From an uncultured Candidatus Saccharibacteria bacterium (GTDB lineage Bacteria > Patescibacteriota > Minisyncoccia > Phycocordibacterales > UBA918), in assembly GCA_964350735.1 (NCBI GenBank), contig CAYGKO010000004.1, positions 19,583 to 83,582 of the forward strand: DNA of 64,000 nucleotides. Direction: 5' to 3'. The notes beneath the pieces are model-generated. The model saw nothing but the letters and a program-made list of their open reading frames with translations. It was not told the origin of the DNA and did not search any database. The translations under genes were made by a program, and so were the position numbers. Below are positions 21,198-29,956 of the stretch, in pieces; position 1 is the first letter of the stretch; every line of letters starts with the position of its first letter.

Positions 21198-21268
21198 TTT
21201 TTGACTAAAAAACGTAGATTTGAATCAATGACCCCAGTGCTAATTTTGGCCAAACGCGGGAGGATGTC

Positions 21269-21625
21269 ATGGAAATCACATATAATGTTGATATGCCTTG
21301 GGAGCAGGGAGAAAAAACTGCACTGATGTATATTAACATGGCAATTACCGAAGCTTGCATGCTGTGGGGTATCACAATAGCAATTGGCTCGGCAGCCATA
21401 GGAATGATGGGTGATGTTCGAGTACTTACAATTACTCGCTGTCAAAGCGTAGCAGGAGGAGCTTCAGTTTCTTTCCTTGTCCGAATGGATACTGCCGAGA
21501 TCACCTCATGTGACCACAACCCTCAAATCATGAAAAATACTTTCGATGCAAAATGGGACAGCTGTGCGGGAAAAAATCTGATCGAATCAGCGATCGAAGA
21601 TATGGTCGAGAAAATGACTTCATGA
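21269..21625 (+). CDS. Hypothetical protein
   Basis: 118-aa ORF with GGGAGG SD 5 nt upstream and a terminator-like hairpin at 21665..21694. Confidence 0.55.
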   Translation: MEITYNVDMPWEQGEKTALMYINMAITEACMLWGITIAIGSAAIGMMGDVRVLTITRCQSVAGGASVSFLVRMDTAEITSCDHNPQIMKNTFDAKWDSCAGKNLIESAIEDMVEKMTS

Positions 21626-21706
21626 TCTTTTGAACTATCGGGAGGCATCCTTAACAAGACCTTCGCCGGGGTGAGAAACCTCGGCTTTTCTTTTGTCTCT
21701 CTGCTA

Positions 21707-21883
21707 GGGCGGCGGCGAAGCCGCCGCCCGTCCAACCCCTCCCAGAGGCAAGTCAGTACTCCGGAATTTCTGAGTATCTGCAGGCCAAAAGCACGGTCTT
21801 TCGTCAGAAAGTTTTGGCCGAAGCCGCAGTAAAATTTCGCTGGAAATTTTACGATCAGAAATTCCGGAGTCCTCACTTGCCTC
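21707..21883. repeat. Multi-branched palindromic element upstream of secG
   Basis: 10-bp GC hairpin 21707..21729, 16-bp perfect inverted repeat 21758..21773 / 21855..21870, outer 9-bp inverted repeat, internal hairpins. Confidence 0.7.
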
Positions 21884-21913
21884 CCCCCACCATTTCTGCT
21901 ATTATCGCTGCAC

Positions 21914-22156
21914 ATGGAATTCATCCGATCTACTGTTCTACCAGTACTACCGTACATCCAATTAATTATCTCAGTCCTTCTGATTGCAGCAATCTTATTG
22001 CAGCAGCGCGGATCGAGTCTCGGTGGTGCGTTTGGTGGAGATAACTTTAGTGCAGCATTTAATAAACGACGAGGCGGCGAACAGTTTTTGTTCCGTCTTT
22101 CAATTGGACTGGCCGTACTCTTTGTACTTTCAGCGTTGTTGAACTTGGCTCAATAG
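21914..22156 (+). CDS. secG: Preprotein translocase subunit SecG
   Basis: ILLQQRGSSLGGAFGG...RRGGEQFL, two TMs. Confidence 0.92.
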   Translation: MEFIRSTVLPVLPYIQLIISVLLIAAILLQQRGSSLGGAFGGDNFSAAFNKRRGGEQFLFRLSIGLAVLFVLSALLNLAQ

Positions 22157-22215
22157 CCATCGCTGTTTCTCTGGTTCAGAGATCGTAAACCCCATTTAGT
22201 TTAATCTGTGCATTC

Positions 22216-23922
22216 ATGGAAGATTCTTCTTCGCGTTCGCGTTTTGTATTTGATCGATTTTTTCGCTACCTAGACCGACGCCGACCAAGCGACCGTTTTA
22301 TCTTTGTAACCATCCTTTGGATCGGTGCTTTAGCCCTGGTCGCAGCTGCATTTTTATGGAATAACCAATACTCAAAATCATTCCCTAGCCAAGGCGGCAC
22401 CTTTATTGAAGGCGTGATTGGAACTCCACGATTTGTGAATCCAGTTCTGGCGGTGACCCGAGCTGACTATGACTTGGTAGAACTGGTATATAGCGGTCTA
22501 CTGACGCTAGAGACTGACGGCATGGTTCGTGAAGACCTGGCTGAATCAATCACCATTTCTGATGACGGCACGGTCTACAATGTAATCTTGCGCAACAACG
22601 CAACCTTCCACGATGGCGAAACTGTTGACACCGAAGATGTCGCCTACACCATTGGTTTGATCCAAACAGCTGAATTAAAAAGTCCGCTGCGCGGAAACTG
22701 GAATGGTGTTGTAGTTGAAGTTATAAGCGAGCGTGAAATCAACTTCGTTTTGGAAGAACCATACGTACCCTTTATTGAAAACCTCACTGTCGGTATCTTG
22801 CCCAAACACATCTGGGAAACACTCGCAATTGAAGAACTCCCATTTAGTCAACACAACACCGTGCCAATTGGATCTGGACCCTACAAAATTACAGAAGTCG
22901 GCCGAGATGCAGCAGGACTGATTGATGATTACACGCTCGAAGCGGTTTCTCCTGACGCTGCGAATATCAATACAGTGACTCTAAACTTCTATCAAAATGA
23001 AGTTGAGCTTTTAGAAGCGTTTGAGAAAGGAGACGTGCTAGCAAGCGCATCACTGAGTAACGGCGCAGTAGCTAATTTAGACATGGATACCTATAACGTA
23101 TACGAAGCATCTTTACCGCGCGTCTTTTCAGTTTTTATTAATCAAAATCGTACTGCAGCTCTCCGAGATAGTGCAGCCCGGGAAGCGTTGAGTGTAGCTA
23201 TCAACCGAGAAGCGTTAATTACTGAAACGTTAGCAGGTTATGGTACACCAACCAATTCACCATTACCTGGCCAAAAAAATCAAGAAACTAACACCAGTAG
23301 GAGTGGCATCGAAGCCGCCGCTGCTATACTTGAAGCAGCAGACTGGGAACGGAGTGCAAACGGACGTTGGGTGAAACAAATCTCAGAAATCGAAACCGAA
23401 TTAGCCATCACCATCACGACAGCAAATACACCAGTATTTGAACAAACAGCCGCTTACCTAGAGCGGGTGTGGACCGAACTTGGAGTATCAGTAAGTGTTG
23501 CGTTGTTTGAACAGTCAGACTTAGTCCAAGCTGTCATTCGACCGCGTGATTATCAAGCCTTGTTATTTGGAGCTGACATTGGTCGCAGCGCAGACCTATA
23601 TCCGTTCTGGCATTCATCGCAGCGGTCAGATCCTGGCCTCAATGTTGCGCTCTACGCCAATATCACTACCGATGCTCTGCTAGAAGAAGTGCGAATTACG
23701 CAAGATCCTGTCGCCCGAGCCGCTACGCTTGAACAAATCGCAAGTGAAATTACCACCGAACAACCTGCAATATTTTTATACAACCCATCCTTTGTCTACG
23801 TAGTCAAACAGAGCGTCGAGAATGTCTCTCTGACTGATATCAATAGACCAAGCGAACGGTTTACCAGCATTCAAGATTGGTACATGCAAGAAGAAAAATT
23901 ATGGCCCATTTTTTCAGATTGA
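22216..23922 (+). CDS. Peptide ABC transporter substrate-binding protein (family 5)
   Basis: DLAESITISDDGTVY.V.LR...FHDGE, PIGSGPY, YPFWHSSQ. Confidence 0.9.
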   Translation: MEDSSSRSRFVFDRFFRYLDRRRPSDRFIFVTILWIGALALVAAAFLWNNQYSKSFPSQGGTFIEGVIGTPRFVNPVLAVTRADYDLVELVYSGLLTLETDGMVREDLAESITISDDGTVYNVILRNNATFHDGETVDTEDVAYTIGLIQTAELKSPLRGNWNGVVVEVISEREINFVLEEPYVPFIENLTVGILPKHIWETLAIEELPFSQHNTVPIGSGPYKITEVGRDAAGLIDDYTLEAVSPDAANINTVTLNFYQNEVELLEAFEKGDVLASASLSNGAVANLDMDTYNVYEASLPRVFSVFINQNRTAALRDSAAREALSVAINREALITETLAGYGTPTNSPLPGQKNQETNTSRSGIEAAAAILEAADWERSANGRWVKQISEIETELAITITTANTPVFEQTAAYLERVWTELGVSVSVALFEQSDLVQAVIRPRDYQALLFGADIGRSADLYPFWHSSQRSDPGLNVALYANITTDALLEEVRITQDPVARAATLEQIASEITTEQPAIFLYNPSFVYVVKQSVENVSLTDINRPSERFTSIQDWYMQEEKLWPIFSD

Positions 23923-23969
23923 ACGAATTAACAGAACAGTATTACAAAATTAAACCTAACTAAATTATT

Positions 23970-25994
23970 ATGAACGAACGTACAACAAACAATGGAGCTG
24001 GACAGTCTACAAACCCAAGTGGACCAGCCCGACCACGAACTGGCGGACAACACCGAAGTCGCCCTGGTGGACGACCAAATAGTCGACCCGGTGGACGTCC
24101 TGGAGGGAGTGGACAAGGAGCCAACCGCCCACAAGGTGGCCGACCCAACCGCAATGGTGCCGGAGGAGGTGGTAACCGAAATGGCGGTGGCCGACCAGGT
24201 GGTGGTGGCAAACGTCGAGGTAACAATCAAAACCGGCGTCGCTCAATGACGAATCCGGCTCTTTCTCACCGCATGGCGGAACGTGATGAAAAATCTCCGG
24301 TACTGCCCGAAGTGACTGACGAAGATACCGTACGAGTGATCCCGATGTCTGGTGTGGAACAAATCGGACGAAATATGACGGTGGTTGAAACTAAAGACGA
24401 TATCATTATCTTTGATATTGGTTTTCAGTTTGTATCAGCTGACTCACACGCTCCTGGCGTAAACTACATTCTGCCAAACACGCAGTACCTAGAAGAACGA
24501 AAGCATAAGATTCGTGCGCTCGTGATCACTCATGGTCACCTCGACCACATTGGAGGTATTCCATTTGTTATGGAACGAATTGGCAATCCACCAATCTACA
24601 CGCAATACCTCACCTCTTTAATGGTGAAGAAACGACAAGAAGAGTTCCCTCATATGGACCCACTTGATATCAATGTGATCAAAGAGGGTGATTCTTTCAT
24701 GGTAAAGAATACCAAGATCAAGACTTTCCCCGTCACTCACTCTATTCCTGATGCAATGGGAGTGTGCGTCGAGACCAAGCATGGCGACGTAGTTATCACT
24801 GGAGACATCAAACTTACACACGAAGATGGTGAAGTAGTAAAAGAAGAACGTGAATCATGGGAAGGAGTTGGCAAGAACAACAACCTCGTCATGATGTGTG
24901 ACTCAACCAACGCCGACCGTGAAGGCTTCTCAGCGCCAGAAAGTACAGTATTCGAAAGCCTTGATAACATCATCAAAAATGCCACTGGCCGGATGATCAT
25001 TGGTACCTTTGCTTCACAGTTTGATCGACTAATTGCTATCATTGGATCTTGTGAAAAATATGGCAAAGTAGTCGTACCCGAAGGACGTAGTATTAAAGTA
25101 AGTATCGATATTGCAATAACAGCAAAGATGCTTGAAGTAAAACCTGGTGTGATTGTGTCTGCCCAAGAAGCCGACAACTATCCAGCTGATCGGGTAGTAA
25201 TTCTTTCAACTGGTGCTCAAGGTGAAGAGTTTGCCGCCTTGATGCGAATGGCGTGTGATAAACACAAGTTTATTACCCTCAGCGAACGAGACACACTCGT
25301 GCTCTCATCTTCAGTGATCCCGGGGAACGAGATCGCCGTGCAGAAATTAAAAGATAATATCTACCGGAAGAATGTACGAGTGATCAACTATCGATCTGCC
25401 TCAGTTCACTCTTCTGGACACGGAAACGCTGGTGAACTTAACTGGGTACGACAAACCGTCAAGCCTAAATTCCTTGTACCAGTACATGGTCATCACTACC
25501 ACCTCAAGAGTCACATGTATACAGCGGTAGAAAATGGCTTCCCTCGTGAAAACATTGCTATCCCTGACAATGGAACTTTAATCGACATCAAAAACGGAAC
25601 CGAAATGATTGTCCATAAACAAAAAGCTCCGACTGAGGAGATCTATGTCGATGGCTTCACTGTTGGCGCGCGACAAGAAGTAGTGCTTCGTGACCGCCTC
25701 TCACTTTCAAGTGACGGTATGTTTGTGATTATTGCGACCGTAAACACCAAGACCGGTAAGTTGCGTAAGTCACCAGACATCATCTCTCGTGGCTTTGTCT
25801 ACCTACGTGAAAATCAGCAACTACTCTCTGAAGCCCGCGTCCTCATCAAGAAAACGGTTGAAAAAAATACAGAGAATATGCACCCAATCGACCTCGACCT
25901 CGTGAAAGACGAACTGACAGATACAGTGAGCGGATTCCTGATGCAGAAGACCCAGAAAACACCAATGGTGATTCCAGTTTTGATTGGAATATAA
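23970..25994 (+). CDS. rnj: Ribonuclease J with Gly/Arg/Pro-rich N-terminal extension
   Basis: THGHLDHIGG, THSIPD, TGAQGEE, HSSGH, PVHG, PDIISRGFVY. Confidence 0.96.
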   Translation: MNERTTNNGAGQSTNPSGPARPRTGGQHRSRPGGRPNSRPGGRPGGSGQGANRPQGGRPNRNGAGGGGNRNGGGRPGGGGKRRGNNQNRRRSMTNPALSHRMAERDEKSPVLPEVTDEDTVRVIPMSGVEQIGRNMTVVETKDDIIIFDIGFQFVSADSHAPGVNYILPNTQYLEERKHKIRALVITHGHLDHIGGIPFVMERIGNPPIYTQYLTSLMVKKRQEEFPHMDPLDINVIKEGDSFMVKNTKIKTFPVTHSIPDAMGVCVETKHGDVVITGDIKLTHEDGEVVKEERESWEGVGKNNNLVMMCDSTNADREGFSAPESTVFESLDNIIKNATGRMIIGTFASQFDRLIAIIGSCEKYGKVVVPEGRSIKVSIDIAITAKMLEVKPGVIVSAQEADNYPADRVVILSTGAQGEEFAALMRMACDKHKFITLSERDTLVLSSSVIPGNEIAVQKLKDNIYRKNVRVINYRSASVHSSGHGNAGELNWVRQTVKPKFLVPVHGHHYHLKSHMYTAVENGFPRENIAIPDNGTLIDIKNGTEMIVHKQKAPTEEIYVDGFTVGARQEVVLRDRLSLSSDGMFVIIATVNTKTGKLRKSPDIISRGFVYLRENQQLLSEARVLIKKTVEKNTENMHPIDLDLVKDELTDTVSGFLMQKTQKTPMVIPVLIGI

Positions 25995-26010
25995 AGTTAA
26001 AGCTTCTTAA

Positions 26011-26051
26011 GAAAAGAAAAGTCGCCAGTAGCAATGGCGGCTTTTCTTTTC
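26011..26051 (+). terminator. Intrinsic terminator after rnj
   Basis: GAAAAGAAAAGTCGCCA...TGGCGGCTTTTCTTTTC. Confidence 0.75.
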
Positions 26052-26100
26052 CCCGTTACTACAAAATAATATTGCGGTAAGTTGGTACAATACACACACT

Positions 26101-27303
26101 ATGGCACACCACCGCAGACACTCGCTACATCGTGCTCACCCTGGAAAAGTTGGCTTTTGGGTTATCTATCTTCTTTCAGTACTCTTCAACTTCCACGGAC
26201 TTTTAGTAGCGTACAGTAACTCCACCTTCATGGAGCGCTTTGTGAGTCCTGAAACCATCGGTGGCCTGTACACTATCGGTTCGGCCTTAGCAGTCTTGGG
26301 CTTTTTGTTTATTTCCCGAGTGTTACGAAAAGTTGGTAACGTCCGCCTGACTATTTACTTGGCAATCGCTGAGATCATCGCCCTTATCACCCTTGCCCTC
26401 GCAGGCACGGCTGCAACGGCTCTAGTGGCCTTTGTGATCTTCCTCGTAATAAATCCAATGATTTTCCTGAGTATCGACATCTTCTCTGAAAGCCTCATCG
26501 GTAAAGACGAGAGTGGTACCGGCAGCAAACGCGGCCTGACACTCACCCTTATGAGCATTGCCGCTGTAATGGCTCCGCTAGCGATGGGGTTCATTGTAGG
26601 CGACAATGACGACAACCTTTTCCGCTCCTATTTAGTCTCGGCCGGGATATTTAGTATCTTTGTCTTAATAGTACTCCTTAAGTTCCGCGACTTTAAAGAT
26701 CCTGAGTACCGAGAGATTCAAGTACTCTCAGCCATTCAGTCTTTCTGGCATCAGCTTGATCTACGCAATGTCTTCTTGGCCCACTTTACCCTCCAACTCT
26801 TCTTCTCTTGGATGGTCATTTACGTACCCCTTTACCTAGCCACTGAGATCGGCTTCACCTGGGAACAAATCGGCTCGATTATTGCTGTTGGACTCTTTGC
26901 GTACGTTCTCTTTGAATACCCAATTGGTGTGCTGGCTGACAAATACATCGGCGAAAAAGAAATGATGGCGGTTGGGTTTGTCATTCTTGCCATCTCATCT
27001 TCCTGGATATCTTTCATGGCAGCTGCCCCAGTGCTTTCGTGGATGATCTTACTCTTTATTAGCCGTATCGGCGCTAGTCTAGTAGAAGCCACCACTGAAA
27101 GCTACTTCTTCAAACACACCAGTGGTGGGGACGCTAACATCATGAGCTTCTTCCGCCTCACGCGCCCACTCGCTATGCTCTTTGGAGCGCTCCTTGGTAG
27201 TGCCACGTTGCTGTACTTACCATTTGAACTCATGTTCGTCGTCCTTGGCTTTATGATGATTCCTGGTATATTCTTCACACTAGCCCTTAAAGATACAAAA
27301 TAG
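26101..27303 (+). CDS. MFS transporter
   Basis: About 12 TMs, GVLADKYIGEK motif A. Confidence 0.88.
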   Translation: MAHHRRHSLHRAHPGKVGFWVIYLLSVLFNFHGLLVAYSNSTFMERFVSPETIGGLYTIGSALAVLGFLFISRVLRKVGNVRLTIYLAIAEIIALITLALAGTAATALVAFVIFLVINPMIFLSIDIFSESLIGKDESGTGSKRGLTLTLMSIAAVMAPLAMGFIVGDNDDNLFRSYLVSAGIFSIFVLIVLLKFRDFKDPEYREIQVLSAIQSFWHQLDLRNVFLAHFTLQLFFSWMVIYVPLYLATEIGFTWEQIGSIIAVGLFAYVLFEYPIGVLADKYIGEKEMMAVGFVILAISSSWISFMAAAPVLSWMILLFISRIGASLVEATTESYFFKHTSGGDANIMSFFRLTRPLAMLFGALLGSATLLYLPFELMFVVLGFMMIPGIFFTLALKDTK

Positions 27304-27304
27304 C

Positions 27305-27682
27305 ATGATCGCAAAAACTCGTAATATACTAAATCGAACACCTGAAATGCGAGCAAAGTATGATGCTCATATGTCTGGAACAGAAATCATTCCTGACGAC
27401 CCTGATGAATTAATTAAAGACTTTGTTCATTGGAAAATTATCAAAAATAAATTTCCGTATGATGCTATTTTCTCAACACATCATATGATAGTTTCAAAAA
27501 GAATATTTAGTAGCACGGAGGAAGCTACGGCTGAAGAAACCGCGGAATATCTAGAGATAAAACAACAACTAAACAATGAAGGATTTTATGATCTTCTGCT
27601 AGAAAATTTTCACAAAAACCAATCTAAACCAAAACATTGTCATATTCATCTACTGGTTTGGAAAGTAGTTGAAACCAACTAA
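27305..27682 (+). CDS. HIT-like protein
   Basis: NKFPY, HHMIVSKR, QS..HCHIHLL histidine triad. AT-rich. Confidence 0.65.
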   Translation: MIAKTRNILNRTPEMRAKYDAHMSGTEIIPDDPDELIKDFVHWKIIKNKFPYDAIFSTHHMIVSKRIFSSTEEATAEETAEYLEIKQQLNNEGFYDLLLENFHKNQSKPKHCHIHLLVWKVVETN

Positions 27683-28491
27683 GGCAATTGATATTTCCGT
27701 TCTTGTAATACAATCAAGTTCTCCGCCTCTAACTTCTGCATCTGCTCACAAAGCTTTATTTTTGGGAATGTGGCCAACTTCGCTTGTAACTGAGCTCTCG
27801 TATACGACTTGTCTGCAAGTGCTCTAATGATTGCACCGCGTACTTCCCTGTCACTACCCTTAAATTTTGATTGTTTGCTGTAGCTTTTAGCCTGCTTATT
27901 TAGATTCCCATGCAACTTCTTCAAGTGAGCGCCATAGTCCATTAGTGCCCAGTACCACTCACGCGGTTTTTCTTGATCTAAAGTTAGTTCGATATATCGT
28001 ACTATTTTTGCCTCAGAAACTGCTGACTGTTTACTGAAGAAATGATAGAGATACACCGTCCGAATATTAGTCTCAATGATCGGGACCGGTGTATCGAACG
28101 CAAACGCAAGCACCGCGCCAGCGGTGTAGGGGCCGATCCCTGGTAGTTTCTGTAACTCGTCATAGGTAGCTGGGAAAACACCACCATGTTCATTAACTAT
28201 TTCTCTGGCACACTGATGAAGCATTTTTGCTCGACGATTGTAGCCCAAACCTTGCCAGGCGCGTAGCACATCACCTAAAGAAGCTTTGGCTAATTTCTGA
28301 ACCGTGGGCCATTTCTCTAAAAAAGCTTCATATTTAGGAATCACCCGCTCCACCTGTGTCTGCTGTAACATGATCTCTGAGACCAAGACCTGATACGGAT
28401 CAGTCGTCTGTCGCCACGGCAGACCATGCCGTCCGTTTGTTTCATAAAAATCCCAGACAGTTTTCACCATCTGCTGCTCTTTTAGGGTCAT
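27679..28491 (-). CDS. mutY: A/G-specific adenine glycosylase, short form without Fe-S cysteines
   Basis: LPWRQTTDPYQVLVSEIMLQQTQVERV, WQGLGYNRRA, LPGIGPYTAGA. Confidence 0.9.
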   Translation of the reverse strand: MTLKEQQMVKTVWDFYETNGRHGLPWRQTTDPYQVLVSEIMLQQTQVERVIPKYEAFLEKWPTVQKLAKASLGDVLRAWQGLGYNRRAKMLHQCAREIVNEHGGVFPATYDELQKLPGIGPYTAGAVLAFAFDTPVPIIETNIRTVYLYHFFSKQSAVSEAKIVRYIELTLDQEKPREWYWALMDYGAHLKKLHGNLNKQAKSYSKQSKFKGSDREVRGAIIRALADKSYTRAQLQAKLATFPKIKLCEQMQKLEAENLIVLQERKYQLP

Positions 28492-28497
28492 ACTTAA

Positions 28498-28731
28498 CTA
28501 GTTGAATACTGTGTAATCAGTCTCATCTACTGGCTCGATACTCGGTCGCTCAATAACTACCACCCAGAAAATGAAGTAAATGAGTATGCCTGGCATAAAG
28601 CCAGTCAATAGTAAGAAAACAATAAAGCCTAGTCTCCAAATCAGCGGATCTTGATCATAATACTCAGCCAATCCTGCTAACACTCCGGCCACCACTTTAT
28701 TATCTGCTGATCGGTATAATTTCTTTTTCAT
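28498..28731 (-). CDS. pspC: PspC domain protein
   Basis: KKLYRS.DNKVVAGV.AGLAEYY. Confidence 0.9.
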   Translation of the reverse strand: MKKKLYRSADNKVVAGVLAGLAEYYDQDPLIWRLGFIVFLLLTGFMPGILIYFIFWVVVIERPSIEPVDETDYTVFN

Positions 28732-28765
28732 TGCACTAGTATAGAGATTTATACATCAAAAGGAA

Positions 28766-28798
28766 ATGGCTGACTCGATCAGAGATCGTGTCAGCCAT
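28766..28798 (-). terminator. Hairpin downstream of tmRNA
   Basis: ATGGCTGAC...GTCAGCCAT stem followed by a T-rich tract on the minus strand. Confidence 0.55.
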
Positions 28799-28884
28799 CG
28801 ACAGTTGCTATGTCGGATTAGCTAGTTCCGACACCTACGAGCAGTCAACCCGTAGTTCAGCCGTGCTCGGGCCGAATAAAATTA

Positions 28885-29240
28885 AGTACAGGCTTCTGTT
28901 GCCAGGCGCCTGCGGACCCCGCCTTAAGCTGCGAAGCCTAAGGACTTAAGGCATTACGCCCGACCAACGAGGCCGTGCGCTCCACCCAGATTGGCTGCCA
29001 TCCACGCGGGAACCGCGTCATGACCGCCATCGCTTTTAGCACGAGTGCCATTTGCGAAAAGTGAACCGATAACGGTGGTGTCTCACCGAACAAAAGCTAA
29101 CTCCTTTAGACGTCCGTCGATCCTATTTCGACCCCTGCATCCAAACGTTCGGGTGTTTGGTGGAGCCGCCGGGTACCGCCCCCGGGTCCGATCCGTTTAT
29201 TGCGAGCGCGTTTATTGCCATAGATCCCTAGAGATCAGTT
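28885..29240 (-). ncRNA. ssrA: tmRNA, circularly permuted two-piece form (outer ends approximate)
   Basis: T-arm and acceptor 3' strand CCCGGGGGCGGTACCCGGCGGCTCCACCA (CCA at 29160..29158) come before a 22-nt spacer and the 5' strand GGGGTCGAAATAGGATCGAC (from 29135). G3.U70 alanine pair. Tag ORF starts GCAAAT. Downstream GGCAACAGAAGCC motif. Confidence 0.9.
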
Positions 29241-29271
29241 TCATCCTAGTATTAAAATAATTGAAAGTCAA

Positions 29272-29955
29272 CTAAATATTGTAAATTACGTCTTTTCGCT
29301 CCACTACGACCTCCCAACCTCGTCGCTCTGCCTGCTCGTATAGCTTCTGATTTGGATTAAAACAAATCGCTCGTTCAACACTTTCAAACATTGGAATGTC
29401 ACCGTCAGTATCACCAACAGCAATCGAACCAGCAAAAGACACTGCTTCCCGATCTAGTACGCGCGCCACAATATTGGCCTTATTTTCGATCAAGTGCACA
29501 TCGGTCATTTCACCCGTAAAGCAATCCTGTGGTCCAATCTCATAGATGCGACCATACACTTTATCAAAACCTTGAGTTTTACAAAATTCGTCGAGGATAG
29601 TTTTTGGAGATTGTGAGATTGCTACTACAAAATAACCTTCTCTTTTTAATTCATGAATCAGATCCCGGGTATACCGATACACATGTTTGCTTTGCTCTCC
29701 CACAACCATTCTGCCCAGATCAGCCAATGTTCCGTAATGAACGCCTCTAATATGAGTAACGTAACAGTTAATTACTGCCCGTATGTACGCATCGTAAGTC
29801 CCCTCCCGATTCCGCCACGCATGATAGGCGTCGCTGTATTCAGCTCGTGACTGCTTTGCAAACACCCCCTCAGACACCAGTTTCTCCACCAGTTCAATTA
29901 ATAAACTGGAGCGAAATACTGTGCCGTCTATGTCAAAAAATGCTACCGGTTTCAT
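29272..29955 (-). CDS. HAD-IB family phosphatase (SerB-like)
   Basis: AFFDIDGT, ISQSP, NK, VGDTDGDIPM..V......NP. Start at MKPVAFF. Confidence 0.9.
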   Translation of the reverse strand: MKPVAFFDIDGTVFRSSLLIELVEKLVSEGVFAKQSRAEYSDAYHAWRNREGTYDAYIRAVINCYVTHIRGVHYGTLADLGRMVVGEQSKHVYRYTRDLIHELKREGYFVVAISQSPKTILDEFCKTQGFDKVYGRIYEIGPQDCFTGEMTDVHLIENKANIVARVLDREAVSFAGSIAVGDTDGDIPMFESVERAICFNPNQKLYEQAERRGWEVVVERKDVIYNI

Positions 29956-29956
29956 A

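Noticed and set aside
21523-22044. ORFs 21523..21957 (-) and 21814..22044 (+)
   Set aside because: They overlap secG and the palindromic element and show no recognisable motifs.
29045-29260. 71-aa plus-strand ORF
   Set aside because: Antisense to the tmRNA.
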